Shown here piece after piece: positions 12,952-24,698 of a DNA stretch of 64,000 bases. The notes beneath the pieces were generated by a model that saw only the letters and a list, made by a program, of their open reading frames with translations, was not told the DNA's origin and searched no databases. Source of the DNA: Octopus bimaculoides (Eukaryota). The stretch covers positions 3,688,986 to 3,752,985 of the forward strand of contig NC_068993.1 in the NCBI RefSeq assembly GCF_001194135.2. Reading direction: 5' to 3'. The position numbers and the translations under genes are program-made. Position 1 is the stretch's first letter. Each line of letters starts with the position of its first letter.

Positions 12952-13796
12952 TGTATCTCTGTCGTTATGAATATTAGTTTCATATTTGTCTTACCCAGTT
13001 CTTATCGTCCCTCGTTCTTCTGCGGTTTTGGTATTGTGTTTTCTCATATTCTTCCGAGAGAATCGTTCTTCATATTACTGTTGCGATTTGTTCCTTTGTG
13101 ATTAGGATATTATTAGTTCATTTTTGCTATTACTTGTGCTATTGCTGAGATTTTTTTTTTTTGTTAATATTAAGTCTATTGTTCAATATCTTTTTTCAGT
13201 TGATAATATCGTTGCTAGTGATTCTTTGTTACAAATGTCGATGTCATATTTCGTTATTGGTTTTTTTTTTCATTGAAATATATGGTTACCATTAATCTTT
13301 TAAGTGTGTTTCATGGAAACATTCAATACCTTTGTTCCTTGCAGCGTAAAGTTGGAGAGTTCGGTGATGTTGATGTAGCCGTACTTGTTATTGTTGATGA
13401 CGTTGTTTATGATGATGAACATGATGCTGATGATAATCAGAAGATGCTGGTGATGATGAAGTTTATTGTGCTTTACTGCTATTCGCTCTGATTGTTGTTG
13501 ATGTGGTTATTGTTGTTGTTGTTGTTGTTGTTGTTGCTGCTGTTGTTTGGACCGAACCGTCCATTGTAACATGTACTTACATGTAAGCACGATATATTTC
13601 AATGAATGAGAAATAAAGAAATTTTCTGTAATATAATATTCTATACGCATATTTATATATACATGTATCTTAGTGTGTTTATTTCTTTCTTGTGCATGCA
13701 TACTTATGTTTCTTGTGTGAATATATATAAATTTAATGGAAATACATACACACATACACTCATATATATGTTTATATTATTGACGTTTCTCCCTCC

Positions 13797-13835
<39 letters not shown>

Positions 13836-14297
13836 TATATGCTTGCGTGTATGTGGGTGTACGTAGGCCTCCTTGTATCTACTTTTCTATGTATACGTAG
13901 ATGTGTTAGCGTACGCAAGACTGAATATTGAGGTATGTATGGTTATTTGTGTGTCAGAGTGATTTCAAATGCTTCTACACGTTATAGCTGATCTATTATT
14001 AGCCGGCTCTAATAGATATTCCGCAGTATATATTCGAATTAAATATTTCGTAATGTTCCCCAGTATAAGAGCTACAAATATATTTAATGCTCTTAATTTG
14101 CATAATGTGAAACACAATTACGAAACCTGTATCAGCGAGGGAGAAATATGCTAATAATCACTGTTTACGTGTCGATTACCACGGAACTTGTAATCAAAAT
14201 CAGCGCATTATTATCATTATTATTAATATTGATGTTGTTACTATAATTATCACTACTACTATTATAACTACCAATTATTACTACTACTATTGCTGCT

Positions 14298-14504
14298 TTC
14301 AAAATTTGGCACAAGGCCAGCAATTTAGTGGAGGGTGTAAGTCGATTACATCTGCCCCAGTACTTGTCCAGTAATCATTTTATAGACCCTGAAAGGATGA
14401 AAAGTAAAGTCGGCCAAGGTATAATTTGAACTCAGAACGTAAAGACGTACGAAACGTCTTGAAGCAGTTTGCGCGACGCGGCATCGCTCCTTCCGGTTGA
14501 CGCC
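14298..14504 (-). mobile_element. SINE family A
   Basis: Plus strand shows TTTGGCACAAGGCCAGCAA...GTCGATTACA...GACCCTGAAAGGATGAAAAG...TTTGAACTCAGAACGTAAAGAC, the reverse of the family A body and B-box. Confidence 0.8.
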
Positions 14505-14564
14505 TTTTACAGCTACATGAATATCATATAGGTATTATTTTATTGTTGTTGTTTTAGTTGTGAA

Positions 14565-14830
14565 GAGGAAGCACCTGGCTTGTGGTTAGTGTGCTTCGTT
14601 CTAGATTGTAAGTTTGTGGTTTCGATCTCTGGGCCGGGCGATGTGTTGAGTTCTTGAGTAAAGCACTTCTTTTCGCTGGTAAAAATTGAATAACACTGCA
14701 ATGGATCGATGTTTTGTCCAGTGAGGTGGGGATATGTAGGCCACAGATTTTGGGGAAACCTGCAACATGAACCCTTGGTACGGGGAGAAGCTTTGATCCT
14801 TTTGAACGGCCATGTGTGATTCAGTGGAAA
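14565..14830 (+). mobile_element. SINE family C (tRNA head plus CORE-like domain), diverged
   Basis: GGCTTGTGGTTAGTGTGC...GGTTTCGATCTCTGGG then GTGTTGAGTTCTTGAGTAAAGCACTT, matching the reverse-strand copy at 20731-20961. Confidence 0.65.
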
Positions 14831-14884
14831 AGGCTCGCTTCCCACGCAGAGTGATCTGCGAAATACATCACGATGTTTTAAAAA

Positions 14885-14995
14885 GAGGTGGTGAAATGGT
14901 AAAATTGTTTGCACGCCGGACAAAAATTTTAGCGGATTTTCGTCCGTCTTTCCGTCTTGAGCTCGATTACCGCCGATGTCGGCTTTGCTTTTTAT
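14885..14995 (+). mobile_element. SINE family A head, diverged
   Basis: GAGGTGGTGAAATGGTAAAATTGTTTGCACGCCGGACAAAA...CGTCCGTCTTTCCG...CGCCGATGTCGGCTTTGC. Confidence 0.7.
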
Positions 14996-15039
14996 TCTTC
15001 TTTTTGTAATATAGTAATTCATTTTATCGATACAGAAAA

Positions 15040-17050
15040 TATGGAAGGCAAAGCTGCCCTTCACTTTTCTTAAGCTCACAATATAAAGTTCTGGTAAAAA
15101 TGCCAATGAGCTTTGTATCCGACGCGCTAAACATTCCAGTTTGTTCCCCTCGAATATAACAATCAATTATCCGGCCTGCCAGAGTCAGTATTACTGCTTA
15201 TTAAGTATATTACATTTAGTTCTGTTTTTTGCGTTATAATATTCGTCATAATATTCCATCCTCAACTTTTCTTTCATTTCTGTGTTGCATCACATCGAGT
15301 TTTTATTGATTCCCCAGTATTTGCATGTCTATATTTGTTGTAATGCTTGAATCATACTTATTGATTAATTTCGCTCTCCTCATCGGCGCATATTTCTAAA
15401 CCGATTCTCTCACCAATTCTTATATTTTATCAATATATTCTATTGCCAGTACAATTTCTTGTTGATTCTCATCTGCATCGTGTTACTTAATGGTTGATTG
15501 TCCTCTCATTTCATTTTACCTGCGCTCATTCATGTTTAGCATGTTAGTTAAATATGTTAGCACTTGGCGGAACAGAAGCAATGAACGGGGGAGTTGCTTT
15601 TCAGTATTTTTAGCTAATAGAATCGAGTTAGTTTTCATAAATACCCACTTTGTTTGCCTCTGTAGCTTGTTTACCATATATTCATGAAATGGTTAATACA
15701 TCTATTTATTATTGGTGCTACTTTAGGCATAGCTAATGCCTCCAAGATCCACGCCTTCTGGTTACTGTGGAAAATCGTTCGGCAAGTCAATCTTTACTAT
15801 ATTCGACTCTTTCTTCATGTTCTTTCCAACTTTAGTTATGGTTTGTTATTTGGTAATTCTCATTTAAAGCCGTATAAGCGTTACCTCCATCGTTTCTGCT
15901 TCTCTGGAATCAAATCGTATTCTTTATAAAGGTGGATTATGGTTTTATAACATGTATGGTTTGCTACCTTATTCTTTGTGATTAAAATGATATTTTATAA
16001 GCTTTTTTAGCCAATGAAGTGTTTACTTCGTCTCTAACAGTAGCATATTGTACATTTCTACTAACATCTCATAAGTCAATGTTAAATATTTGAACCAGAA
16101 TTGCGGGAGCATAACATATCCTCATGCTTTCCTATTGAATGACTTATGTAGTGACAGGGCAACGTACCAGGTCGATGTGGTCCCCTTTCACTGTTCAAGC
16201 AATACATTAGTTGATTGAGCAATCATTTCCGTGTGCTTTCATTTATTAGGCAAAATCCTCGAATTGCTTCTTTTTTTAATTTTTTTTTTTACTTCTACTT
16301 CTGGTGGTTCTACATTAAATTATATTCTGTATAAGTGACGAACTATTTGTTTTGATCAAGGGAATCTGTATTTTCATATTGATGGATTTATTTACGATTT
16401 AGCGGAATTCACTTCTTTGAAGCGTTCTTTGATATAGGATGCTTCGTTTTGTAATATTTGTCTCCCCCTTTTTTTCATGTTGATTCATTTCATAATTGAC
16501 TTAATTAGTAACTGAGATATTTTTCTTTATATGCATATATATTTTTATCCATGTTTATATTTATTTTCTGGGTTGGTTTTCAACGTGTGACACACACATG
16601 TATGAGTATCACTCTTTCGTTTATTACAAGCGTGGATGTTGCATACATTAGTTCATTTAACCTCGTGAATGAGATGTGTGTACCTGCTTTTATTTCGTAT
16701 ATTTCAACAAAGTTTTTTTTTTTTTATAATTATTGTTGCTATTTCATCTTGGAAGATCTTCCACTGCGTTAAATTAATTAATTATATTTAATTATATATG
16801 TCACGGTCAATGGTTTCCATGTTTAGAATTCTTTGCATTTTTCATATTATTTTCTTACTTAAGTTTTATTCTTTGTTCTTATATTTTGTTATTGTTCTTT
16901 AGTTTTCATATATGAATATTCAAAAGCTGCTCTAGGGCTTCGCTTGTTTGTATTTTGATATTTACGTTTTCGACATGTTATGCCTATCGTTGCAATTTAC
17001 GTGTTTAATTTCTTATTTTGCTGATTAGTTTGCGTGGAATAACGCACTGG
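15040..17050 (-). mobile_element. decayed R4/Dong-like non-LTR retrotransposon (N-terminal region, RT and post-RT), many stops and frameshifts
   Basis: Manual minus-strand translation gives collinear motifs: LNELMYA (16640-16660), NRKA*GY..PQFWFKYL (about 16080-16140), PEKQKRWR*RLYGFK*ELPNNK (about 15843-15908), AWILEALAMPKVAPIINRCI (about 15695-15756), IGLEICA (15385-15405), KYWGI..EMKEKLRMEYY (15250-15325), KTELN, ELYIVSLRKVKG. These resemble, from recall, R4-clade motifs NWKAPG..NFWLK, PEEQKGCRR.SYGCKDQLLINK, SWILECL, FGLDKCA, YKYLGI..EMKEKIRKEY and LYIPRKEGG. No database search was run; the upper boundary is approximate. Confidence 0.8.
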
Positions 17051-17305
17051 ACGTATTGTTGATTTTGCTGCTTAATTCAACGGTTTTGTAATGACTCGAA
17101 GCAAAGAAGACAAAGCTTTCCCACTGCCAAAACCCTTTGATGTCAGGGGAGACAATTGTGAAGGGACCATCGGCCTATTACAGCTTCTGTATAAATTCTA
17201 ACTCACTTTCTTTAGTTTTCTGGCGATTTGGGTTAACAAACGAGTTTACTAATGGGGTGTGTGAGTTTCGTTAAATCTTGGATGTCATAAGTTGACATAA
17301 CACCG

Positions 17306-17460
17306 AGAGTACTCGGCTTTGTGGCAAGTAGCTTGCTGACCAGCTGCATGGTTTCAGTCACAGTACGTGGCACCTTCAACCGACGCTGGTGTGTTTACGT
17401 CCCTGTAACTTAGCGGTTCGGCAAGTAGAAACCGATAGAATAAGTGCTAGGCTTACAAAG
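17306..17460 (+). mobile_element. SINE family B with internal deletion (head fused to tail)
   Basis: GGCTTTGTGGCAAGTAGCTTGC...GTGGCACCTT joined at 17376/17377 to CAACCGACGCTGGTGTGTTTACGTCCCTGTAACTTAGCGGTTCGGC; compare the full copy at 6116-6547. Confidence 0.8.
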
Positions 17461-17674
17461 GATCCACCTTTAAAAATGGATTTGTTTCATTGGTCTTTTC
17501 AATTAACGGTCTTAAGCATGCAATGAACAAAATAAATGAATTCAATATAAATTCATCCTATTGTATATATGCTATTGTTATATTTCTGCTGCTTTTAAAT
17601 AAAGCTTATTACTCTACTTTTGGTATTTGAGTACTCTTTTAACCACCTTGTTTCACATTTACGTGCTTACTCCG

Positions 17675-17735
<61 letters not shown>

Positions 17736-17906
17736 GAGAGAGAGAGAGAGAGAGCGAGAGATTTAGTAGTACATGTACACATATATATATAAGGTGTGTG
17801 TGTGTGCACACATAAAGCCATCTAACTTCATTTGTCCACATATGTCCATCACCAGCGAATTATGCTGCTGCTGTTATCTGTAAAATAAAAACGCTGCACA
17901 TAGTTA

Positions 17907-18215
17907 TCATTGCCGACTTCTGAGATGCGCAATATCATGGATGCACTTCAAGGGTTTTAAGCCTTTCCTACGCAACTGATTTTCCAATTCATTCGCAAAA
18001 TTCTTTGCATTCTCGGCCATTAATATTCTCGACAAGGAAATTCCAGGAAGAGTAGTGTAGGGCTTAGGAATATTTTTCTTTTGTTGAGGCTTTCTTAGAA
18101 TTCCATAAATTTCTAAGCCATGGATTTCTCCTTCATGTGTGTCGCAAAACATGAGTGCACAAGTTTCACTGGTTTTATTTGATTTTGTAGTGCTTGTTCC
18201 AGAATACAATTGCAT
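17907..18215 (-). mobile_element. possible piggyBac-type transposase remnant (102-aa ORF)
   Basis: LMFCDTHEGEIHGLEIYG has the spacing of the recalled piggyBac motif WMLCDxxTGYxxxFEIYxG. KPVK occurs just upstream in an alternative frame, and the downstream LENQLRRKGL resembles Lxxx(L)xxKG. No TIRs or TTAA target sites were identified. Confidence 0.35.
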
Positions 18216-18365
18216 TACTAAGCTCCAACACTACACACACAAATACACACGTATACATATACCTATACGATTTATGTATATTCATTTACGGAGGTTTTAT
18301 ATATATGTGTATAATATTAAACATAGAGACACATCTAATATGTGTGTGTATCAGTGTATGTATGA

Positions 18366-18407
<42 letters not shown>

Positions 18408-19009
18408 ATACATATGTATACATAACCGGGAATCGAGCTGAAAGATACGCGTCGCTGTTTCAGTATCAACCCATAAGAAAACATGATGTGTTTCACAAAT
18501 GTATTAAGAATACTCTCTATTCCATACACACGCGGTCCATCATTTATGACTGCGTGACACGCTGCTCTTATTAATTAGCAACATCAGAGGCAGACAAAGC
18601 GAAACGCAAATCAAGCATATATATTAACATCAAAGGAAATATAATGACTATTCTATAGATTACCACAAGCTATTGGCTTATGGTAACAATTTTAATCCTG
18701 AACACTGTCGTCTTTGATTAAATCCTCCCACATATTAACGTTGAGCACACGAACATATATTTTGAGTGATATTTAATAAAGGTAACCATATTTGTCTCTA
18801 GAGCAATAACTTATGTTTAAAGGAGTAGAGATCTGTAAAAGCCTTACATTATATTATTAAAGCTGTGTATGCTATTCAGTACGCCATGAATTAATATTAT
18901 GGAGCCGGGAATTACCATAGAATTTATTCCATTTTAAATGCACTATTTTGAAACGCCCGTGTGCATACGAGCGTTCTGTGTATTCGTGAAAATATACTTA
19001 TATGCATAG

Positions 19010-19048
<39 letters not shown>

Positions 19049-19804
19049 NNNNNNNNNNNNNNNNNNNNNNNNNNNNNNNNNNNNNNNNNNNNNNNNNNNN
19101 NNNNNNNNNNNNNNNNNNNNNNNNNNNNNNNNNNNNNNNNNNNNNNNNNNNNNNNNNNNNNNNNNNNNNNNNNNNNNNNNNNNNNNNNNNNNNNNNNNNN
19201 NNNNNNNNNATATATATATATATATATATATATATATACGAAAATTTATATATCTAGAATATGTGTGTGTGTGTGTGCGTGTGTGCGTGTGTACCCGTGC
19301 GTGTGTGGGGGCATAAACAAATATTTGTGTATATAAAAATATTTACCTGTACACATATATATCTATATATGCCTATATGTGTGTGTATGTATGTATGCAT
19401 GTATGTATATATGTCTGTATGTAAATTTATGTATGTACGTATGCGGACATGGATGCATATGCTTCCGCACACATATGCATATATAAATGTATATATAAAT
19501 GACAAAAATAATTAAAAGTCTGTAAACTCTGAACCAGATGACCGCATGCTTAATCCAATCGACGTATAATGCAAATATTCCTTTGATAGATTGGCAATAA
19601 CGTCTAATTTACAGTCTGTACAATTATGGGAATGGGACTAAGTGCAACTCCAACAAAAATCAATGTCTGCTCATAGAAATCACTCTGTGTATTTCAATCA
19701 TGAATTGGCAGCTAGTTAGGGCAAGACATGTTTACTAAACGGCTTAGATGGGGCATGAATGCAAACCCATTCTTTATCAGAGGACAAGGTTGTGTGCGCG
19801 CTGT

Positions 19805-19850
<46 letters not shown>

Positions 19851-19880
19851 CTCTGTGTGTGTGGGGTCTATACATATGTC

Positions 19881-19913
<33 letters not shown>

Positions 19914-20730
19914 CTGTGTGTGTGTGTGTGTGAGTGTGTGAGAGTGTGTGTGAGAGTGTGTGTATGTGTAATGTTAGACACATGCACTCAAGCAGAGTTA
20001 GGACTATGATAAATACATTAAACTTCATATTGTGCATATATATNNNNNNNNNNNNNNNNNNNNNNNNNNNNNNNNNNNNNNNNNNNNNNNNNNNNNNNNN
20101 NNNNNNNNNNNNNNNNNNNNNNNNNNNNNNNNNNNNNNNNNNNNNNNNNNNNNNNNNNNNNNNNNNNNNNNNNNNNNNNNNNNNNNNNNNNNNNNNNNNN
20201 NNNNNNNNNNNNNNNNNNNNNNNNNNNNNNNNNNNNNNNNNNNNNNNNNNNNNNNNNNNNNNNNNNNNNNNNNNNNNNNNNNNNNNNNNNNNNNNNNNNN
20301 NNNNNNNNNNNNNNNNNNNNNNNNNNNNNNNNNNNNNNNNNNNNNNNNNNNNNNNNNNNNNNNNNNNNNNNNNNNNNNNNNNNNNNNNNNNNNNNNNNNN
20401 NNNNNNNNNNNNNNNNNNNNNNNNNNNNNNNNNNNNNNNNNNNNNNNNNNNNNNNNNNNNNNNNNNNNNNNNNNNNNNNNNNNNNNNNNNNNNNNNNNNN
20501 NNNNNNNNNNNNNNNNNNNNNNNNNNNNNNNNNNNNNNNNNNNNNNNNNNNNNNNNNNNNNNNNNNNNNNNNNNNNNNNNNNNNNNNNNNNNNNNNNNNN
20601 NNNNNNNNNNNNNNNNNNNNNNNNNNNNNNNNNNNNNNNNNNNNNNNNNNNNNNNNNNNNNNNNNNNNNNNNNNNNNNNNNNNNNNNNNNNNNTATATAT
20701 ATATATATATATAATTAATTACTTGTTGTG

Positions 20731-20961
20731 TCGACGCCCCGAAGCAAGTGGCTGAGCTCTCCACAGACACGTGTACCCTTAATCTCTCAGGAGATTTAAC
20801 ATGACACAGAATGTGACAAGGCCGGGCCTTTCAAATGAAATTACTACTCATTATTGCCAGCTTAGTGGACTGGAGCAACGTGAAATAAAGTGTCTTGCTC
20901 AAGGACACAACACGTCGCCGGGAATTGAACTCACGACCTTACAACCGTGAGCCGAACGTTC
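20731..20961 (-). mobile_element. SINE family C
   Basis: Plus strand shows GTGGCTGAGCTCTCCACAGACACGTGTACCCTT...GTGGACTGGAGCAACGTGAAATAAAGTGTCTTGCTCAAGGACACAACACG..GGGAATTGAACTCACGACC (reverse B-box plus CORE-like domain). Confidence 0.85.
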
Positions 20962-20984
20962 AGGTGTTATGTATGTCACTGTGC

Positions 20985-21115
20985 ATCGGCTTGCATTCTA
21001 TAGATTAGCGGTTCGCAAAACAGCCCAATTAATATGTACAAGGTTTAGAATATAATAATGTGTTGATTCATTGGATTTGACTACTTAAAGTGCTGGTAGA
21101 GCATGGCAGTCGTCC
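20985..21115 (+). mobile_element. SINE family B tail, highly diverged
   Basis: TTAGCGGTTCGCAAAA...GTGCTGGTAGAGCATGGCAGTC resembles the tail of 6116-6547. Confidence 0.5.
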
Positions 21116-22090
21116 AAATATTAAAATGATTTTAAGAATTTTAAGAATAACAGAAAATACAATATTTCCAATGTGATTTAGTTCTAAACTGCAATCCGAA
21201 GTTGTCTTTAAATTTCTGTGATACCTGACGTTCTAGAGGCACATAGGCAAACACCCGACAAATTTTGAGACACATCTCACCTCCATCCTCTCCCTTTATA
21301 CATTTATAATGTATAAATTATTTCTTTTTCATCTTTCAATGAAGATTTATGAATTCAAAAACACTTTACATAATTAATATAGTGTTTAGTTACTCAGTGC
21401 CCCACATCTTAAACGCAACCATTCCCTCGAAACCAACAAACCAATCAAACACCAGCCAGCTAACCGTCCAACCCAACTATTCAAATGACTATAAGACTAG
21501 CGATCTCTAATAAATATATACTGACGTGATACGCGTCTTTTGAGCCATTTTAGTGTAAAACTCCAATAAAATAATAAAGAAATGTTCAGTGAAGTATAGC
21601 TAAGTATTTCACAGCCAAAAATATTGTACTTGTTTGACATTCATAGCACTTGATAACTCTTTAGGATTACGGATAAAGTCAATAATATATAGCAAAAATA
21701 ATCTTTATATTATTCCATACTTCTGAATTACAGCTTATCGTTACAGAATCTCCATAATGGCGGACTTACGTTAGAATATAAATTTACTAACGCTTAATGT
21801 CTGTCTTGCAAGCTGTTCTATTCATTTTAAGGCCACGGAAAACAGTATACCCATTCTAGTTTTTCTTTGTGTATTTTACATTCATAGTCCCACACATACT
21901 CACACGCACAAATAATCACAGCCACAAACATACAGAAGCTGCACGCATATACACCACACACCACCTATCTACACACACATCAACTCACACGTAATTTCAT
22001 ATGCATACTTACAAAATATTTTTGTCATCATTAGCTAGTGTATATGTTGTTATTCAAACGGTGAAAGAGTGTGTGTGTGTGTATGTGTGA

Positions 22091-22158
<68 letters not shown>

Positions 22159-22244
22159 CACAGAAAGAGAAATAGAAAGAAATCAACCGTCATAAATTGT
22201 TGAGAATCAAAAGTTTGTGTTATTCTGCTCCGTCCGTGTGACTT

Positions 22245-22520
22245 ATTATTTCATCATTCCGGGATCAATAAAATAAAGTGCAAATCAAGTATCACAGTTG
22301 GTGTAATCGATATACCCGCCACACACACCTCAAAATCGCTGATATTAAGCACAAAATTAAAATAAATATAAGGGCTGTAATGTGGTGGAATTGTTAAAGT
22401 GCTACATAGAATACTCACCGTCTTCATCCTGGATCACTGCTCTATAAATTCAAATTACAATAAGGTCATCTCCACATTTTATCATTCTGGGGCGATGAGT
22501 GTCATATCAGCACTGGGCTC
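22245..22520 (+). mobile_element. two adjacent diverged SINE family A fragments
   Basis: TTTCATCATTCCGGGATCAATAAAATAAAGTG...GGTGTAATCGA, and GGTGGAATTGTTAAAGTGC...AATTCAAATT...ATCATTCTGGGG. Confidence 0.45.
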
Positions 22521-22699
22521 GCTCACTTCATCTCTCTAGATTGGGCGAGTTTTGGATAAGGATGGGTATCTTGATCTGATGGAGCCAGATGTCCAAGTCA
22601 CTCTGGAAAATTAATATGGCGGTCTAAGATACCATCCAGATATGAGTCATTGAACTGTTTTTGTTACCACTTTCACTCTCCGTAAAAAATCCCAAATTT

Positions 22700-22935
22700 C
22701 ATTTAATTTGCTTTGTGGGAAGGACTGTTTTAACGAATTCGCGTCTTGTCCTTATCTTTGAAACGCGGAGTAGATAAAACAGGGGACAATTGATGAAGGG
22801 AATGTTCTTTATGTTGCATGTCTCGTTTCTCTGTTTATTTCGTTGTTCGAAAAAAAGTTCGTTTTCAATGGTTTTGTTTTTATATTCTCATTTCTCATTC
22901 TGTCTAGGTTTTTTTATGTCCTGTACTCATATATG
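22700..22935. repeat. probable interspersed-repeat fragment, family unassigned
   Basis: Non-coding segment GGACTGTTTTAACGAATTCGCGTCTTGTCC...CGTTGTTCGAAAAAAAGTTCG ending in a TA/TG array. Its repeat nature is recalled, not shown by a second copy in this window. Confidence 0.3.
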
Positions 22936-22936
22936 C

Positions 22937-22987
<51 letters not shown>

Positions 22988-24484
22988 CAGATATTTATAT
23001 ATTATTTATATTATATTATGTATATATATATATATATGTGCGTATAAATATATGTATATATATGTGTGTGTATGTTCTGTATATAAATATATATATATAT
23101 ATATACACACATCCACATAAGCATTACATAACTGTCTAACTGATATTATCTGTCTTAAACACTTTCTCTGGTGCCCCTAGAAGATTAAGTCAAATGAATA
23201 CAGCATAGTCCGTAAGTTAACATCTATTTAAGTATTTATATTATTTTCACGTTTTTTTCTATTTATTTTTTGTTTTCCCTCCGTTTTTTTATTTACTTAG
23301 TATCGTTCGATTGATAAATGCATGTAATGTTCGGTGAACAAGCTAATTGTCCGTTACTTAGGTTGACGATGATAAACTACAAACTAATTAGAAACGCATT
23401 ATGTAAGATTTCAGCAATAAATCTTCAGGTCACCAAGACGTCATTTTGCAGTATAAACTATTTCTGACTTTCTAAACTACGATGATCAAAAGAACAATCG
23501 TAAGCATTATATGTCACGTATCACTATTGAAATATTAAAGAAGTCGGGACAGGGGTGGGGTGAGAGTTAAAGAAGGCGGTGGAAAAAGATAAAGACAACA
23601 GAAGATAGAAGTTAATGATGTCTTTGATGATGATGATGATGATGATGATGATAGCATTAACAATAATAATAATAACAAGACCACCCAGAAAGCGCAAACC
23701 TCCGCCAACGCAACACCAACGTCCTCTCAACGATTAACCGGAGATGATTTTTAAAATGAGAATATCATGAGACCTTTTGGTTTTCTCTTTTAAATTCCGG
23801 TCTTCCTTTAGTAATCCCGTTGTTTTAGAACGTTGTATAGAATTATGTATATATGTACGTATACTGCAAAATATTAAAATGTATGTATAACCTCCTAATA
23901 TAATAATGATCGATGTCTTTTTATACTTGCATATTTATATATATATAATGGAGCCAAAGTGAGAGGTGAAGGTAGAGGAGATAAATGGCAAAGAGAGCGT
24001 CGTATGAATGAGAAAGGAAGGGGTGATAGATGAATAACGAAGGAAGGAATAAAAAAGCCGATAAACGGCGTTTGAAGTGTGAGTATATGTGTGTGTTTAA
24101 AAGAGAGGTATGTTTGCGTACGCGCGTGTGTGTATGTGCAATGAAAATGGATTGGTAATGTTCAACGCTGAAAATGTGTGAGTATATGTATGTATGTGTG
24201 TGCGTGTACAAGAGAATTATGTGAAACTTTACTTATACATGTAAAGTAAAGAAAATATAAAAAATAATCCAGAATTCTTCTCCGGTACCAGAATTCAAAA
24301 CATCGCGTTGAAGGAACGTTGGTTGATCGGCAGATAAAATCACCTGACCATTTTTGTTATCTCACTGCAAAAATTTAATTTTCAACACAGATGACTTCAA
24401 CTTTCAATCTAAAATATTTGACCAGTCATTTTCTGTTGATCTCAAGAGCTGAAAGCGAAATCAATCATCTCTAAGTTGTTCCAG

Positions 24485-24698
24485 ATACAAACACAGATAC
24501 AAAGATACATGCACACGTAGATATATGCATATATGTGTGAAAGGCTTCTTTCAGTTTCCGTCTACTAAATCCACTCACAAGACTTTGGTCGGCCCATGGT
24601 TGTAGTATAAGACACTTGCCTAAGGTGCTTCGCAGTGGTACCGAATCATGCGGTTGGAGAACAAGCTTGTTACCACACTGCCATGCCTGAAGGACAGC
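24485..24698 (-). mobile_element. SINE family B, head to internal microsatellite
   Basis: Plus strand shows TTCAGTTTCCGTCTACTAAATCCACTCACAAGACTTTGGTCGGCCC..AAGACACTTGCCTAAGGTGC..TACCACACTGCCATGCC. Confidence 0.85.

Noticed and set aside
14540-15166. 208-aa minus-strand ORF
   Set aside because: It runs antisense through two SINEs plus the end of the decayed R4 fossil; it is a composite chance ORF.
22785-22865. TTGATGAAG...TTCGAAA hammerhead-like words
   Set aside because: C3 is missing, and stems I, II and III cannot be paired convincingly.
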